A DNA stretch of 64,000 nt from Actinomycetota bacterium (GCA_036265325.1 DATAPH010000023.1:32264-96263), one strand, 5' to 3'; shown: positions 20,319 through 29,950, counted from the stretch's first letter. The notes: generated by a model from the sequence alone, not told the origin. Translations and numbers: made by a program.

Positions 20319-20594
20319 ATGGCCGTGACCGTGAAGCTCCCGACGATCTTGCGCAAGCACGCGGGCAACGAGGCGAAGGTGAGCGCCGAGGGATCGACGC
20401 TGATCGAGGTGCTGAAGGACCTCGAGTCGCGGTACCCCGGCATCACCAAGAATGTGATCGCCGACGACGGCGGCCTGCACCGGTTCATCAACGTCTATCT
20501 GAACGACGAGGACGTCCGGTACCTCGGCTCGCTCGAGACGCCGGTCGCCGACGGGGACACGATCTCGATCCTGCCTGCGGTGGCCGGCGGCTAA
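20319..20594 (+). CDS. cysO: MoaD/ThiS/CysO-type sulfur-carrier protein (C-terminal Gly-Gly)
   Basis: 91 aa, ubiquitin-like. Ends ...LPAVAGG*. Follows mec and moeB. GAGAGGTG SD. Confidence 0.7.
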   Translation: MAVTVKLPTILRKHAGNEAKVSAEGSTLIEVLKDLESRYPGITKNVIADDGGLHRFINVYLNDEDVRYLGSLETPVADGDTISILPAVAGG

Positions 20595-20602
20595 CACAGC
20601 TC

Positions 20603-21799
20603 CTAGCCTGGCGACGCTGCCGCTGCGGGCAGCTCGATCGAAACGGTCAGGCCGCCACCGGGCGTCTCCGACAGGCCGACGTGGCCGTGTTGCGCCTCGA
20701 CCCACGCTTGCGTGAGCGCAAGACCGAGGCCTGCCCCGCCGGTCTCACGAGCGCGGGACGGGTCCGCCCGGAAGAACCGATCGAACGCGCGCCCGTGGAG
20801 ATCTGTCGGCAGCCCAGGGCCGGCGTCCGCGACGTCGATCACGATCTCGCTGCCCTCGCGATGCGCGCTCACGTCCGCAGACCCGCCACCGTGGCGGGCG
20901 ACGTTCTCGAACACCGCGTCGAGCGCGATCTCCAACGCGGTTGTGTCGGCCATCGCGGTCAGGCCGTCGACCCCGTCGATGTGCAGCCGCAATCCGAGCG
21001 CGCGCTCGCTGCGCTCGGCAGCTTGGCCGATCGGCGCGGCAACGCGGACGGGTTTGAGGTCCAGCGCCGGGCCGCCCTCGGCGCGTGCGAGCAGGAGCAG
21101 GCGCTGCGACAGACCGGCCATGTAGTCGACCTCGCCTAGCACCTGGTCGCCGAGAGCCGGGTCGTTGGTCGCCAACACCTCGACCCCTTGCCGGATGAAG
21201 GTGAGCGGCGTCCGGAGCTCGTGGGACGCGTCGGCGGCGAAGGCGGCGCGCGCCTCATACGCTCGCTCCACCGGCCGGACGGCTCGGCCGGCGAGCCACC
21301 ATCCCGCGGCGAGGCTCGCGACCACTGCCAGGAGCGAGCCCGCGAGCAGCAGCATCCGGACGCGGTGCATGAGGTCGTCCTCTGCCAGCATCGAACGGCC
21401 CGCGACGACGACCACTTGGCTGTTGTCGCTGAGGGTCACCGGGACGGTGACGACGCGCACCCGCTCGCCGCTGACCGCGAGGTCGGTGACGGGCTGGGTG
21501 CCGGGTCTGAGCCACGAGGGCGTCTCCTTGGGCTCGCCGACCAGCGCACCGCTCCGCTTGTAGACGGCGAGCTGTGTTGCGGCGTTCGACGGCACGTCCG
21601 AGTCTGGCGGCGGCACCGGCCTCTCGGCTTCGTCGATCCGCGTCGCGACGCCCCCGGCCGACGCGCGCAGCTGGCTGGTGACCGATGCGTCGAGCGTGCG
21701 GGCGAGGACGTACTGCAGCGTCACGCCCAGGAGCACGAGGATCACGAACAACACGAGCGCGTGCGACAGCGCGATCCGAACGCGGAGCGATCGGAACAT
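20603..21799 (-). CDS. Two-component sensor histidine kinase
   Basis: H-box ASHELRTPL. N, G1 (DAGPG), G2 (GGAGLGL) boxes. Two TM segments with a periplasmic loop. Its start overlaps the response-regulator stop (TGATG). Confidence 0.8.
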   Translation of the reverse strand: MFRSLRVRIALSHALVLFVILVLLGVTLQYVLARTLDASVTSQLRASAGGVATRIDEAERPVPPPDSDVPSNAATQLAVYKRSGALVGEPKETPSWLRPGTQPVTDLAVSGERVRVVTVPVTLSDNSQVVVVAGRSMLAEDDLMHRVRMLLLAGSLLAVVASLAAGWWLAGRAVRPVERAYEARAAFAADASHELRTPLTFIRQGVEVLATNDPALGDQVLGEVDYMAGLSQRLLLLARAEGGPALDLKPVRVAAPIGQAAERSERALGLRLHIDGVDGLTAMADTTALEIALDAVFENVARHGGGSADVSAHREGSEIVIDVADAGPGLPTDLHGRAFDRFFRADPSRARETGGAGLGLALTQAWVEAQHGHVGLSETPGGGLTVSIELPAAAASPG

Positions 21800-22473
21800 C
21801 AGCGACCGACCACGTACCCGACGCCCCGGACCGTCTCGATGATGTCGCCCGCGTCGCCGAGCTTGCGCCGGAGATAGTGGACGTAGAGGTCCACCACCTT
21901 CGTCTGCGCGTCGAACGAGAAGTCCCAGACGAGCTCCTTCAGCTCCACGCGCGACAGGACGCGACCGCGGTGCTCCATCAGACACGCGAGCAGATCGAAC
22001 TCCTTGGCGGTGAGGTCGACCGTGCTGCCGTCGACCGTCACGAGGCGTGCGCGGGGATCGAGCCGGACCGCGCCGACGGTCATCGCACCGTCCTCGTCGG
22101 CGCGCGGCGCACGTCGGGCGAGCGCGTCGATCCGGGCGACGAGCTCCTTGAACGCGAACGGCTTGACGAGGTAGTCATCTGCGCCTGCGCGGAGTCCCGC
22201 GACGCGGTCGTCGACCGTGTCCCGCGCCGTGAGCATCAAGATCGGCGTCGTTACGCCACGCTCCCGAAGCGTGCTCGCGACGTGGAGCCCGTCCAGGCCC
22301 GGCAACATCACGTCGACGACCGCGAGGTCGAATCGGCCCGAGCTCGCCAGCCGGAGGCCCTCGTCGCCATCCGCGGCGGTCTCGGCGGAATGGCCTTCGC
22401 CACGCAGGCGGTCCGCCACCAGCGCCGACAGCCGGGTGTCGTCTTCGATCAGCAGGATCTGCACGGTCCACAT
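21799..22473 (-). CDS. OmpR-family response regulator
   Basis: ILLIEDD...DLAVVDVMLPGLDG receiver domain. Winged-helix C-terminal (VHYLRRKL...GVGY). Confidence 0.85.
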   Translation of the reverse strand: MWTVQILLIEDDTRLSALVADRLRGEGHSAETAADGDEGLRLASSGRFDLAVVDVMLPGLDGLHVASTLRERGVTTPILMLTARDTVDDRVAGLRAGADDYLVKPFAFKELVARIDALARRAPRADEDGAMTVGAVRLDPRARLVTVDGSTVDLTAKEFDLLACLMEHRGRVLSRVELKELVWDFSFDAQTKVVDLYVHYLRRKLGDAGDIIETVRGVGYVVGR

Positions 22474-22567
22474 CGTCCCAGGTCACGCTGGGTGTGCCGT
22501 GCATCCTTACCGATCTCAAATCGGAGACCGAACCGCATCCAATCGCTGGCACCGAACATCTTCGGAT

Positions 22568-23650
22568 ATGCAACGAACCCCCTTGCGACAGACACCGCAA
22601 CGTCCCGATCCGTACGGCATGCCATCGCGCGTGATGGCGCCGGTCTCGTTCGAGACCTCCTGGCGCGAGATGCCGTGGTCCCTGCGGATCCTCCGCGCGT
22701 TCCTCGGCGTGACGTTCGTCTACGCGGGACTCCAGAAGTTCCTCGATCCTGGGTTCCTTCACGCGGGCAGCCCGACGTACATCGGGACACAGCTGGCGGG
22801 GTTCGCGCGTGGAACACCGGCGGCGCCGTTGATGCGCGTGCTCGAACACGTGCCGTGGCTCGTTGGGGTCGGCGTTGCGATCACCGAGCTCGCCGTCGGC
22901 ATCGCGGTGCTCGCCGGGATCGGCCTGATCACGGCCTCCGTCATCGGGCTGTCGATCAACCTCGTCCTGTGGTTGTCGGCAACCTGGCATGTCCATCCGT
23001 ATTTCCTCGGCTCGGACTCGATCTATGCCGTGGCGTGGTTGGCGCTGATCGTCGGTTCGTGGCAGGTCGCGAAGGCGCGGCCCACGCCGCATCTGTCGCG
23101 TCGGTTCCAAGACCCGGACGCGATCGCGCGACGCGCGATGCTGCGCGGCGGTCTCGTGGCCGGCCTCGCGATCGCGCTCGGCGGTGTCGCGAGCGCGCTC
23201 GCCGGACCGCCGAACGCCGCGTCGTCGGGGATCACAGCCGCCGGCGGGACGGGCGCGCAGCGCGATCCATCACGGGCCGCCGAGCCGCCGCCCGCGACCG
23301 GATCCCCGTCGCCCAAGCCGACACCCGCGACCCCGGGCCGGACGATCACGAACCTCGATTCCCTTCGGGTCGGGCAGGCGCTCGGCTTCACCGCCCCCGG
23401 GGTCGGGCCGGCGGCGGTCGTTCGGCTCGCGAACGGCAGCGTCGTCGCGTACAGCCGCGTCTGCACCCACGCGGGGTGCATCGTCGGGTACGACACCGGC
23501 TCCCAACTGTTCGTCTGCCCCTGCCACGGCGCGGAGTTCAACCCCGCCCAGCATGCCGACCCAACCCCCGGGAGCCCGACCTCGACACCGCTGCAGATGA
23601 TCCGCGTCGTCGTCGACCAGTCGACGGGCGACGTGATCCTGCCGTCCTGA
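22568..23650 (+). CDS. DoxX-like membrane domain fused through a Pro-rich linker to a C-terminal Rieske [2Fe-2S] domain
   Basis: N-terminal four TM helices (LRAFLGVTFVYAGLQKF). C-terminal CTHAGC...CPCHGAEF Rieske motifs. Start uncertain (alternatives 22619 and 22634). Confidence 0.65.
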   Translation: MQRTPLRQTPQRPDPYGMPSRVMAPVSFETSWREMPWSLRILRAFLGVTFVYAGLQKFLDPGFLHAGSPTYIGTQLAGFARGTPAAPLMRVLEHVPWLVGVGVAITELAVGIAVLAGIGLITASVIGLSINLVLWLSATWHVHPYFLGSDSIYAVAWLALIVGSWQVAKARPTPHLSRRFQDPDAIARRAMLRGGLVAGLAIALGGVASALAGPPNAASSGITAAGGTGAQRDPSRAAEPPPATGSPSPKPTPATPGRTITNLDSLRVGQALGFTAPGVGPAAVVRLANGSVVAYSRVCTHAGCIVGYDTGSQLFVCPCHGAEFNPAQHADPTPGSPTSTPLQMIRVVVDQSTGDVILPS

Positions 23651-23705
23651 GCCACGCGGCCCGTCGCCGCGAGGCCGGTCGCGCGCCTGGGATGATGCTC
23701 GGACC

Positions 23706-24638
23706 GTGCGCTACGACTCGATCCTCGACGCGATCGGCGACACGCCGCTCGTCGGCATCCCACGCATGTCGCCGCGCCCGGACGTGCGCCTGTGGGCCAA
23801 GCTCGAAGGGCAGAACCCGACCGGGTCGACGAAGGACCGGATCGCGCTCGCGATGATCGAGGCGGCGGAGGCGAGCGGCGTGCTCACCCCCGACCGGACC
23901 ATCCTAGAGCCGACCAGCGGCAACACCGGCATCGCCCTGGCGATGGTCGCCCGCAGGAAGGGCTACGAGCTCACCGTCGTGATCCCGGACAACGCGAGCG
24001 AGGAACGGATCGGCTTGCTCCGGCTGTTCGGCGCCGAGATCGTGTACTCGGACGGCGCCAAGGGCACGAACGGCTCGATCGAGGTCGCCCGGGCGCTCGC
24101 GCAAGACGAGCGCTACTTCATGCCGTTCCAATACGGCAATGCGGCCAACCCCGAAGCGCACGAGCGTGGCACCGCGCAGGAGATCATCCGCGATCTGCCC
24201 GAGGTGACGCACTTCGTTGCGGGCATGGGCACGGGCGGCACGCTCACCGGCACGGGACGCGGACTGCATGCCTACCGGTCCGACATCCAGGTGATCGCCG
24301 CGGAACCCGAGCTCGGCGACCTCGTGTACGGGCTCCGGTCGCTCGACGAAGGGTTCATCCCGCCGATCTTCGATCCGGCGCAGATAGACCGGAAGTTCCT
24401 GGTGAACGCGGTCGACTCGTTGCGCGCGACCCGAGCGTTGACAGAGAAAGAGGGCATCTTCGCTGGCGTTTCGAGCGGCGCCGTGATCCACGTCGGCCAG
24501 CGCGTCGCGCAGGACCTCGACGCCGGTGACATCGTGTGCCTGCTGCCCGACGGCGGGTGGAAGTATCTGTCCACCGACGCGTGGCACGAGGACGCGACGG
24601 CGGCGGAGAAGGGGATCGAGGGGTCGCTGTGGTGGTAG
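23706..24638 (+). CDS. Cysteine synthase (CysK/CysM family; likely the CysO-dependent CysM partner)
   Basis: PTGSTKDR (PLP lysine), SGNTG, GxGTGGT motifs. Confidence 0.85.
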   Translation: MRYDSILDAIGDTPLVGIPRMSPRPDVRLWAKLEGQNPTGSTKDRIALAMIEAAEASGVLTPDRTILEPTSGNTGIALAMVARRKGYELTVVIPDNASEERIGLLRLFGAEIVYSDGAKGTNGSIEVARALAQDERYFMPFQYGNAANPEAHERGTAQEIIRDLPEVTHFVAGMGTGGTLTGTGRGLHAYRSDIQVIAAEPELGDLVYGLRSLDEGFIPPIFDPAQIDRKFLVNAVDSLRATRALTEKEGIFAGVSSGAVIHVGQRVAQDLDAGDIVCLLPDGGWKYLSTDAWHEDATAAEKGIEGSLWW

Positions 24639-24641
24639 CGC

Positions 24642-25448
24642 GTGGGGGATGACCGTCCGATCGGCGTCTTCGACTCCGGCGTCGGGGGGCTGACGGTCGC
24701 GCGGGCGATCTGGGAGCTGCTGCCCAACGAGTCCGTCGCCTATGTCGGCGACGGGGCGCATTTCCCCTACGGGCCGCGGCCTATCGAGGAGATCCGTCGG
24801 TTCGCGATGGGGATCGCCGGGCACCTCGTCGCCCGTGGCGTGAAGCTCCTCGTCGTGGCCTGCAACTCCATCGAGGTGTCCGCGATCGGCGACATCGCGG
24901 CGGCGGCCGACGTTCCGGTCGTCGGGGTGATCGCACCGGGTGTGCGAGCCGCCCTCCGTGCCACGCGCAACGGAAAGGTCGGCGTGATCGGGACGGAGGC
25001 GACGATCCGGACGGGCGGCTATCAGCGCGCCGTGGGTTCGGGCGCGACGCTGGTCGCCGCCGCGTGTCCCGTCTTCGTCGAGCACGTCGAGCGGGGCGAT
25101 ACGACGAGCGCCGCGCTGCGGTCGGCCGCGGCAGGGTATCTTGCACCGCTGGAACAGGAGGGTGTGGACACGGTGATCATGGGCTGCACGCACTATCCGC
25201 TGTTGTCGGGGTTGCTCCAGCTCGAACTGGGTCCCGACGTGGTTCTGGTGTCCTCCGCGGAAGAGACCGCCAAGGACGTCTACGCCGAACTCGTGCGGGG
25301 CGACGCGCTGCGCGATGCGGCAGGGCCGCCGACCCACACGTTCGCGACGACCGGCGACGCGGACGCCTTCCGCGATCTCGCCGAACGGGTGCTCGGCCTC
25401 GAGATCGCCCGCGTCGACGCCGCCGCGATCGGAGAGGACGCCGCGTGA
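24642..25448 (+). CDS. murI: Glutamate racemase
   Basis: PIGVFDSGVGGLTV and VACNS/GCTHYP catalytic cysteine motifs. GTG start. Confidence 0.85.
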   Translation: MGDDRPIGVFDSGVGGLTVARAIWELLPNESVAYVGDGAHFPYGPRPIEEIRRFAMGIAGHLVARGVKLLVVACNSIEVSAIGDIAAAADVPVVGVIAPGVRAALRATRNGKVGVIGTEATIRTGGYQRAVGSGATLVAAACPVFVEHVERGDTTSAALRSAAAGYLAPLEQEGVDTVIMGCTHYPLLSGLLQLELGPDVVLVSSAEETAKDVYAELVRGDALRDAAGPPTHTFATTGDADAFRDLAERVLGLEIARVDAAAIGEDAA

Positions 25449-26197
25449 GGCTGACCGTGCTCGGTTCGCAAGGCACGTGGCCGGGGGCCGCGCGGGAGTG
25501 CTGCGGCTATCTGCTCACCGCCGACGGCTTCAACCTCTGGCTCGACGCGGGGACTGGGACCTTCGCGCGGCTGCAAGAGCATCTGTCCGTCGGCGATCTC
25601 GGCGGCCTGTTGATCTCCCACGGCCACGCCGACCATTTCCTCGACATCATCCCCGCGTTCTACGCGCGCCACTACGGCGGCATGGGCACGCCGGGGCTTC
25701 CGTTCCATTCGCCACCCGGGTTCACCGACCTCGCGGCGTTGCTCGTATCGGAGGCCGGTCGCAACGTCATGGGCGAGACGTATGACTTCACCAAGGCGAT
25801 TCCCGGCGGCGTGTTCGAGGTCGGCCCGTTCCGCGTGATGCCGTACGAGATGACGCACATCGGCGTTCCGTCGCTCGGCTACCGGATCGAGGCCGACGGC
25901 AAGACGCTCGCGTACACCGGCGATACCGGACCGTGCGACGAGGCGGTCAAGCTCGCGCAGGACGCCGACCTTTTCTTGTGCGAGGCGACGTACCAGAACG
26001 ACTCGGAGCTTTCGTTCTTCCATCTGAGCGCGCTGCAGGCAGCGGAGCACGCGGCCGCCGCCGGCGCGTCGCGGCTGGTGCTGACGCACATCACGCCGAA
26101 CCTCGACCCCGGCGTTTCGCTCGAACAGGCGGCGGTGGGCTACGGCGGCTCGATCGACGTCGCCGTGCCCGACATGGTGATCGAGGTCGGCGCATGA
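25445..26197 (+). CDS. MBL-fold metallo-hydrolase (Rv1339-like, cyclic-nucleotide phosphodiesterase/RNase-Z-like)
   Basis: HGHADH metal motif. GTGA overlap with the murI stop. Confidence 0.75.
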   Translation: MRLTVLGSQGTWPGAARECCGYLLTADGFNLWLDAGTGTFARLQEHLSVGDLGGLLISHGHADHFLDIIPAFYARHYGGMGTPGLPFHSPPGFTDLAALLVSEAGRNVMGETYDFTKAIPGGVFEVGPFRVMPYEMTHIGVPSLGYRIEADGKTLAYTGDTGPCDEAVKLAQDADLFLCEATYQNDSELSFFHLSALQAAEHAAAAGASRLVLTHITPNLDPGVSLEQAAVGYGGSIDVAVPDMVIEVGA

Positions 26198-26901
26198 CGC
26201 GTCCCGACGGACGCGACGCCGCCACGCTGCGTCCGGTCGCCTACGAGCTCGGGTATCAGGAGTGGGCGGCCGGATCCATCCTGTTCTCGATGGGCAAGAC
26301 GCGCGTGCTCTGCGCGGCATCGGTCTCCGACGACACGCCCCGCTGGCTCCGCGGCACGGGGAAGGGTTGGGTGACGGGGGAGTACTCGATGTTGCCGGCG
26401 GCCACGTCGGAGCGCTCGGCGCGTGAGGTGACGCGCGGGCGGCCGGGCGGCCGCACCCAGGAGATCCAGCGGCTGATCGGTCGGGCGCTCCGCAGCGTCA
26501 CCGACCTGCGCGCGATCGGCGAGCGGATGGTGACGATCGATTGCGACGTGCTGCAGGCCGATGCGGGGACGCGCACGGCGTCGATCACCGGCGGGTATGT
26601 CGCGCTCGCGATGGCGCTCCGCGGCGCGGGCGTCGAGAACGCGCTCCGCGACTCGGTCGCCGCGGTCAGCGTCGGCCTGGTCGAGGGCGAGGCGCGGTTG
26701 GACCTGTGTTACGAGGAAGACGCCGGCGCCGAGGTCGACTGCAACGTCGTCATGACCGGCGACGGCCGGCTCGTCGAGGTGCAGGGCACGGCCGAGGGCG
26801 CGCCGTTCGACCGGGCGCAGCTCGACGCGTTGCTCGACCTGGCCGCGACGGGGATCGGCGAGCTCACCGAGATCCAGCGCACGGCGCTCGCGAGCGCGTG
26901 A
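26194..26901 (+). CDS. rph: Ribonuclease PH
   Basis: RPDGR...TRVLCAASV and [15 protein letters not shown] motifs. ATGA overlap with the upstream gene. Confidence 0.85.
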   Translation: MTRPDGRDAATLRPVAYELGYQEWAAGSILFSMGKTRVLCAASVSDDTPRWLRGTGKGWVTGEYSMLPAATSERSAREVTRGRPGGRTQEIQRLIGRALRSVTDLRAIGERMVTIDCDVLQADAGTRTASITGGYVALAMALRGAGVENALRDSVAAVSVGLVEGEARLDLCYEEDAGAEVDCNVVMTGDGRLVEVQGTAEGAPFDRAQLDALLDLAATGIGELTEIQRTALASA

Positions 26902-27503
26902 CCGGCCTGCCGCCGAGGATCGCCCTCGCGACCCACAACCCCCACAAGCTCCGCGAGCTCGCACGGATCTGTGCGGATTGGTCGACCGAGTGGGTGAGCG
27001 TCGAGAACCACGACGCGTCGGCGTTCCCGGATGTCGAGGAGACGGGCGCGACATACCTCGACAACGCGCGGTTGAAGGCCGAGGCGGTCGCGGCGGCGTC
27101 GGGTTTGCCGGCCCTGGCCGACGACTCCGGCATCGAGGTCGACGCGCTCGGCGGGGCGCCCGGCCCGCGGAGCGCCCGCTACGCGGGCGAGCACGCGTCC
27201 GACGAGGAGAACCTCCGGGCGCTGATCCAGGCGATCCGCGGGATCCCCGCCTCCGGCCGGTCGGCCCGATACCGGTGCGTCGCGGCGTTGGCCTGGCCCG
27301 ACGGCCGGTTCGCGCACGCCGACGGTGCTTGCGAGGGAACGCTTCGCACGACGCCGGCCGGCTCGGGCGGGTTCGGCTATGACCCGATCGTCGTGCCCGT
27401 CGGATGGGACGTCACGATGGCCGAGCTGACCGACGAACAGAAGGACCGGATCAGCCACCGGGGCCGGGCGTGCCGGGCGCTCCGCGAGCTGCTCGACGGC
27501 TGA
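26898..27503 (+). CDS. rdgB: RdgB/HAM1 non-canonical purine NTP pyrophosphatase
   Basis: [13 protein letters not shown] and FGYDPIVVP motifs. GTG start overlapping the rph stop. Confidence 0.8.
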   Translation: MTGLPPRIALATHNPHKLRELARICADWSTEWVSVENHDASAFPDVEETGATYLDNARLKAEAVAAASGLPALADDSGIEVDALGGAPGPRSARYAGEHASDEENLRALIQAIRGIPASGRSARYRCVAALAWPDGRFAHADGACEGTLRTTPAGSGGFGYDPIVVPVGWDVTMAELTDEQKDRISHRGRACRALRELLDG

Positions 27504-27504
27504 G

Positions 27505-27540
27505 CCCTTCGGAGGGCTACCGAACTCAAGGTAGCCCTTC
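27505..27540 (+). terminator. Hairpin(s) immediately after the rdgB stop, probable transcription terminator
   Basis: GCCCT-tcgg-AGGGC and GGGCTACC-gaactcaa-GGTAGCCC inverted repeats followed by a CTTCCC stretch (coordinates +/-2). Confidence 0.45.
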
Positions 27541-27561
27541 CCACAGCCGACGTTCCATCCC

Positions 27562-28698
27562 ATGAAGGCGCAGACCGCCGGGCCCAGCCGTGCCGCGGAA
27601 CCAGCGTTGTCGCGGTTCCTCGGCGTCGCGCCCGGATGGTTCGGCATCATCCTCAGCATCGTGTTCGTGCTCGCGGTCGGCGCAGTCGACTACTCGACCG
27701 GAACGGGCGTCTCGCTCGCGCCGTTCTACGTGATGCCGGTGGTGCTCGCGACGCGTACCGGCGGACGCGCGTGGGGCCTCGCGATCGCGGGCCTCGCCGC
27801 CCTCGCGACCCGGCTCGCCGATCCCCTCGACGCCTCCAACGTGTTCGTGCATTCCTGGAACGCGCTGGTGTGGTTCATCGTGTTCGGCGCGATCGTGTGG
27901 CTCGTCGACGCGCTCGACACGACCGTGCGGAGTCAGGGCCGGCAGCTCGCACGCGAGACCGAGCGCGTCGACGACCTGCGGCAGCAGAATGCGGTCCAGA
28001 ACACGTTGCTGCACGCCGTGTCGCACGACCTGAAGGGGCCGCTCGCCGGCGTGCTCGGCGCCATGCAGACGATCCGCCGCGCTGAGAAGCTCCACCTCAC
28101 CGAGAAGGAACTGAACGACCTCTACGGCGTGATCGAGCAGGCGGGCGCCAAGGCTGCGCGGCTCGTCGAAGACCTCTTGGATCTCGACCGGCTCGACCGC
28201 GGCCAGCTCGAGCCGCAGCGTGAGCCGACCGATGTCGTGCTGATCGCCGACAAGCTGGCCGCAGAGCTGCCAACCCTCGCCGGCCACCCGGTTCGCGTTG
28301 ACGGCCCGCGGGTCTTCGTCGACGTCGATCCGACGATGACCGAGCGGATCATCGAGAACCTCATGAACAATGCGGCGCGGCACACGTCGCCGGGAACGCC
28401 GATCCACGTCGAGCTCGTCGAGCAGAAGGGCGGCGTCATCATCGTCGTGGAGGACGAGGGGCCGGGCGTCGAGGATGTGCTGAAGCCCACGATCTTCGAG
28501 CCGTTCCAGCAGGGCGAGAACGCGCGCGGCGGGGTCGGCATCGGCTTGTCGCTCGTCGGACGGTTCGCCGAGCTGCACGGCGGGTCGGCGCACGTCGAAG
28601 ACCGAGACGGCGGCGGCGCGCGGTTCGTCGTCGTGTTGCCCGGTCGGATCTCGGCGGCGCCGCCCCTCGAGTCGCCGGCCGACCTCCAGGCCGTCTGA
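27562..28698 (+). CDS. Sensor histidine kinase with N-terminal DUF4118-like membrane domain (KdpD-C-terminal type), orphan
   Basis: Four TM helices. H-box VSHDLKGPL. N-box NLMNNAARHT. G boxes DEGPG, GIGLSL. No response regulator adjacent. Confidence 0.75.
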   Translation: MKAQTAGPSRAAEPALSRFLGVAPGWFGIILSIVFVLAVGAVDYSTGTGVSLAPFYVMPVVLATRTGGRAWGLAIAGLAALATRLADPLDASNVFVHSWNALVWFIVFGAIVWLVDALDTTVRSQGRQLARETERVDDLRQQNAVQNTLLHAVSHDLKGPLAGVLGAMQTIRRAEKLHLTEKELNDLYGVIEQAGAKAARLVEDLLDLDRLDRGQLEPQREPTDVVLIADKLAAELPTLAGHPVRVDGPRVFVDVDPTMTERIIENLMNNAARHTSPGTPIHVELVEQKGGVIIVVEDEGPGVEDVLKPTIFEPFQQGENARGGVGIGLSLVGRFAELHGGSAHVEDRDGGGARFVVVLPGRISAAPPLESPADLQAV

Positions 28699-28702
28699 GC
28701 GG

Positions 28703-29950
28703 CTAGCGCTCCGGCGGCGCGACGCGTTCGCGGAACGACACCACGTCGGCCGGCGGCCGAAGGCAGTGGTTGCTCGCCATCGAGAGGTTGTAGGCGCCGA
28801 CGTTCGGGATCGCGAGCACGTCACCCTCGTGCACCTCGGGCAGCGCGATGTCGGTCGCCCAGAGGTCGTCGCCCTCGTTGATGTGTCCCGCGATCGTGTA
28901 TGTGTGATCCGCCTCGGCGTCCGCGGCGCGGCAGACGATCGGGTGGTAGGGGATCTCGTACACGAACGACTCGTTCGCGGTGCTCCAGCCGGCGTCGAGC
29001 CCGACGAACACCGCGCCGGCCCCGCGTTCTTCAACCGTCACGACCTCGGCGAGCAACGTCGCCACCTGCTTCGCGATGAATTCGCCGGGCTCGGTGGCGA
29101 CGACGACGTCGAGGCCGTCGAAGGCGCGCGCGAGCGCCTGCGACCACGCGACCACATCAAGACCCGTGGCCGATTCCCGGAACCGCACCCCGAGCCCTCC
29201 GCCGGTGTTGACCTCTCGGATCGGGCACCCGCGGTCACGAAGGTCGCGCACGATCGAGGCGACGCGCGTCGCCGCCTGCTCGACGATCGGGATCGACTCG
29301 GTCATGTAGAGGTAGCCGGTGTGGTAATGGACGGTGTCGATCGTCAGGTCGTGCGCCGCCGCGATCGCGACCGCTTCGTCCAGCCGCTCGGGCAGGATGC
29401 CGAACTTGGTCGGCTTGGTTCCCGCGTATTTCGTCTCGGCGCCACCGTGGATCGAGGCGCCGATCCCCGGGTTCACGCGGATCCCGACGGCGCTCCCCGG
29501 TGCCGCACGGCCGATCCGCTCGAGCTGGGACAGCAGATCGACGTTCACGTGCACTCTGGTCGGCAAGATCGTGGCGAGGTCGCTGTCGGAGACGTTCGTG
29601 CCCGTGTAGCTGATCTCCTCGGGTCTCCAGCCGTGCTCCAGCGCCCAGGTCACCTCGCCCGGTGAGCAGACGTCCATCCCGACGAACGGCGCCTCGGTGC
29701 GCAAGAACCGGAGGAACTCGGGGTCGCGTTGTGCCTTGAGCGCGAACCGGATGCGGTACGTGAGGCCCGCGGCGGCCATCGCGTCGCGGAGCGCCAGCGC
29801 CTGCTCGCGCGCCGACGCGAGATCGTGCGCGAAGATCGGCGTGCCCTTGGTGCGAGCGATCCGTTCGGCGTCGCGGCCGGCCACCTGCAGCCGCCCGTCG
29901 CGCACCGCCAATCCGGGTCGCTCCCACCACGTCCGGCGCTCGGTCTGCAT
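28703..29950 (-). CDS. Orn/DAP/Arg decarboxylase-family PLP enzyme (LysA-like fold III)
   Basis: FALKAQ (PLP lysine), GGGLGV and EPGEFI motifs. The C-terminal motif differs from canonical LysA (HINEGDD instead of CESGD). Confidence 0.75.
   Translation of the reverse strand: MQTERRTWWERPGLAVRDGRLQVAGRDAERIARTKGTPIFAHDLASAREQALALRDAMAAAGLTYRIRFALKAQRDPEFLRFLRTEAPFVGMDVCSPGEVTWALEHGWRPEEISYTGTNVSDSDLATILPTRVHVNVDLLSQLERIGRAAPGSAVGIRVNPGIGASIHGGAETKYAGTKPTKFGILPERLDEAVAIAAAHDLTIDTVHYHTGYLYMTESIPIVEQAATRVASIVRDLRDRGCPIREVNTGGGLGVRFRESATGLDVVAWSQALARAFDGLDVVVATEPGEFIAKQVATLLAEVVTVEERGAGAVFVGLDAGWSTANESFVYEIPYHPIVCRAADAEADHTYTIAGHINEGDDLWATDIALPEVHEGDVLAIPNVGAYNLSMASNHCLRPPADVVSFRERVAPPER

Noticed and set aside
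20616-20636. GCTGCC-gctgcg-GGCAGC hairpin after cysO that could be a terminator
   Set aside because: It lies inside the C-terminal coding region of the convergent histidine kinase (the kinase stop is at 20603). More likely coincidental GC-rich coding symmetry than a dedicated terminator.
21685-23856. 723-aa plus-strand ORF across the response regulator, Rieske and cysM region
   Set aside because: Arg-rich junk in a frame that overlaps three genes with clear family motifs.
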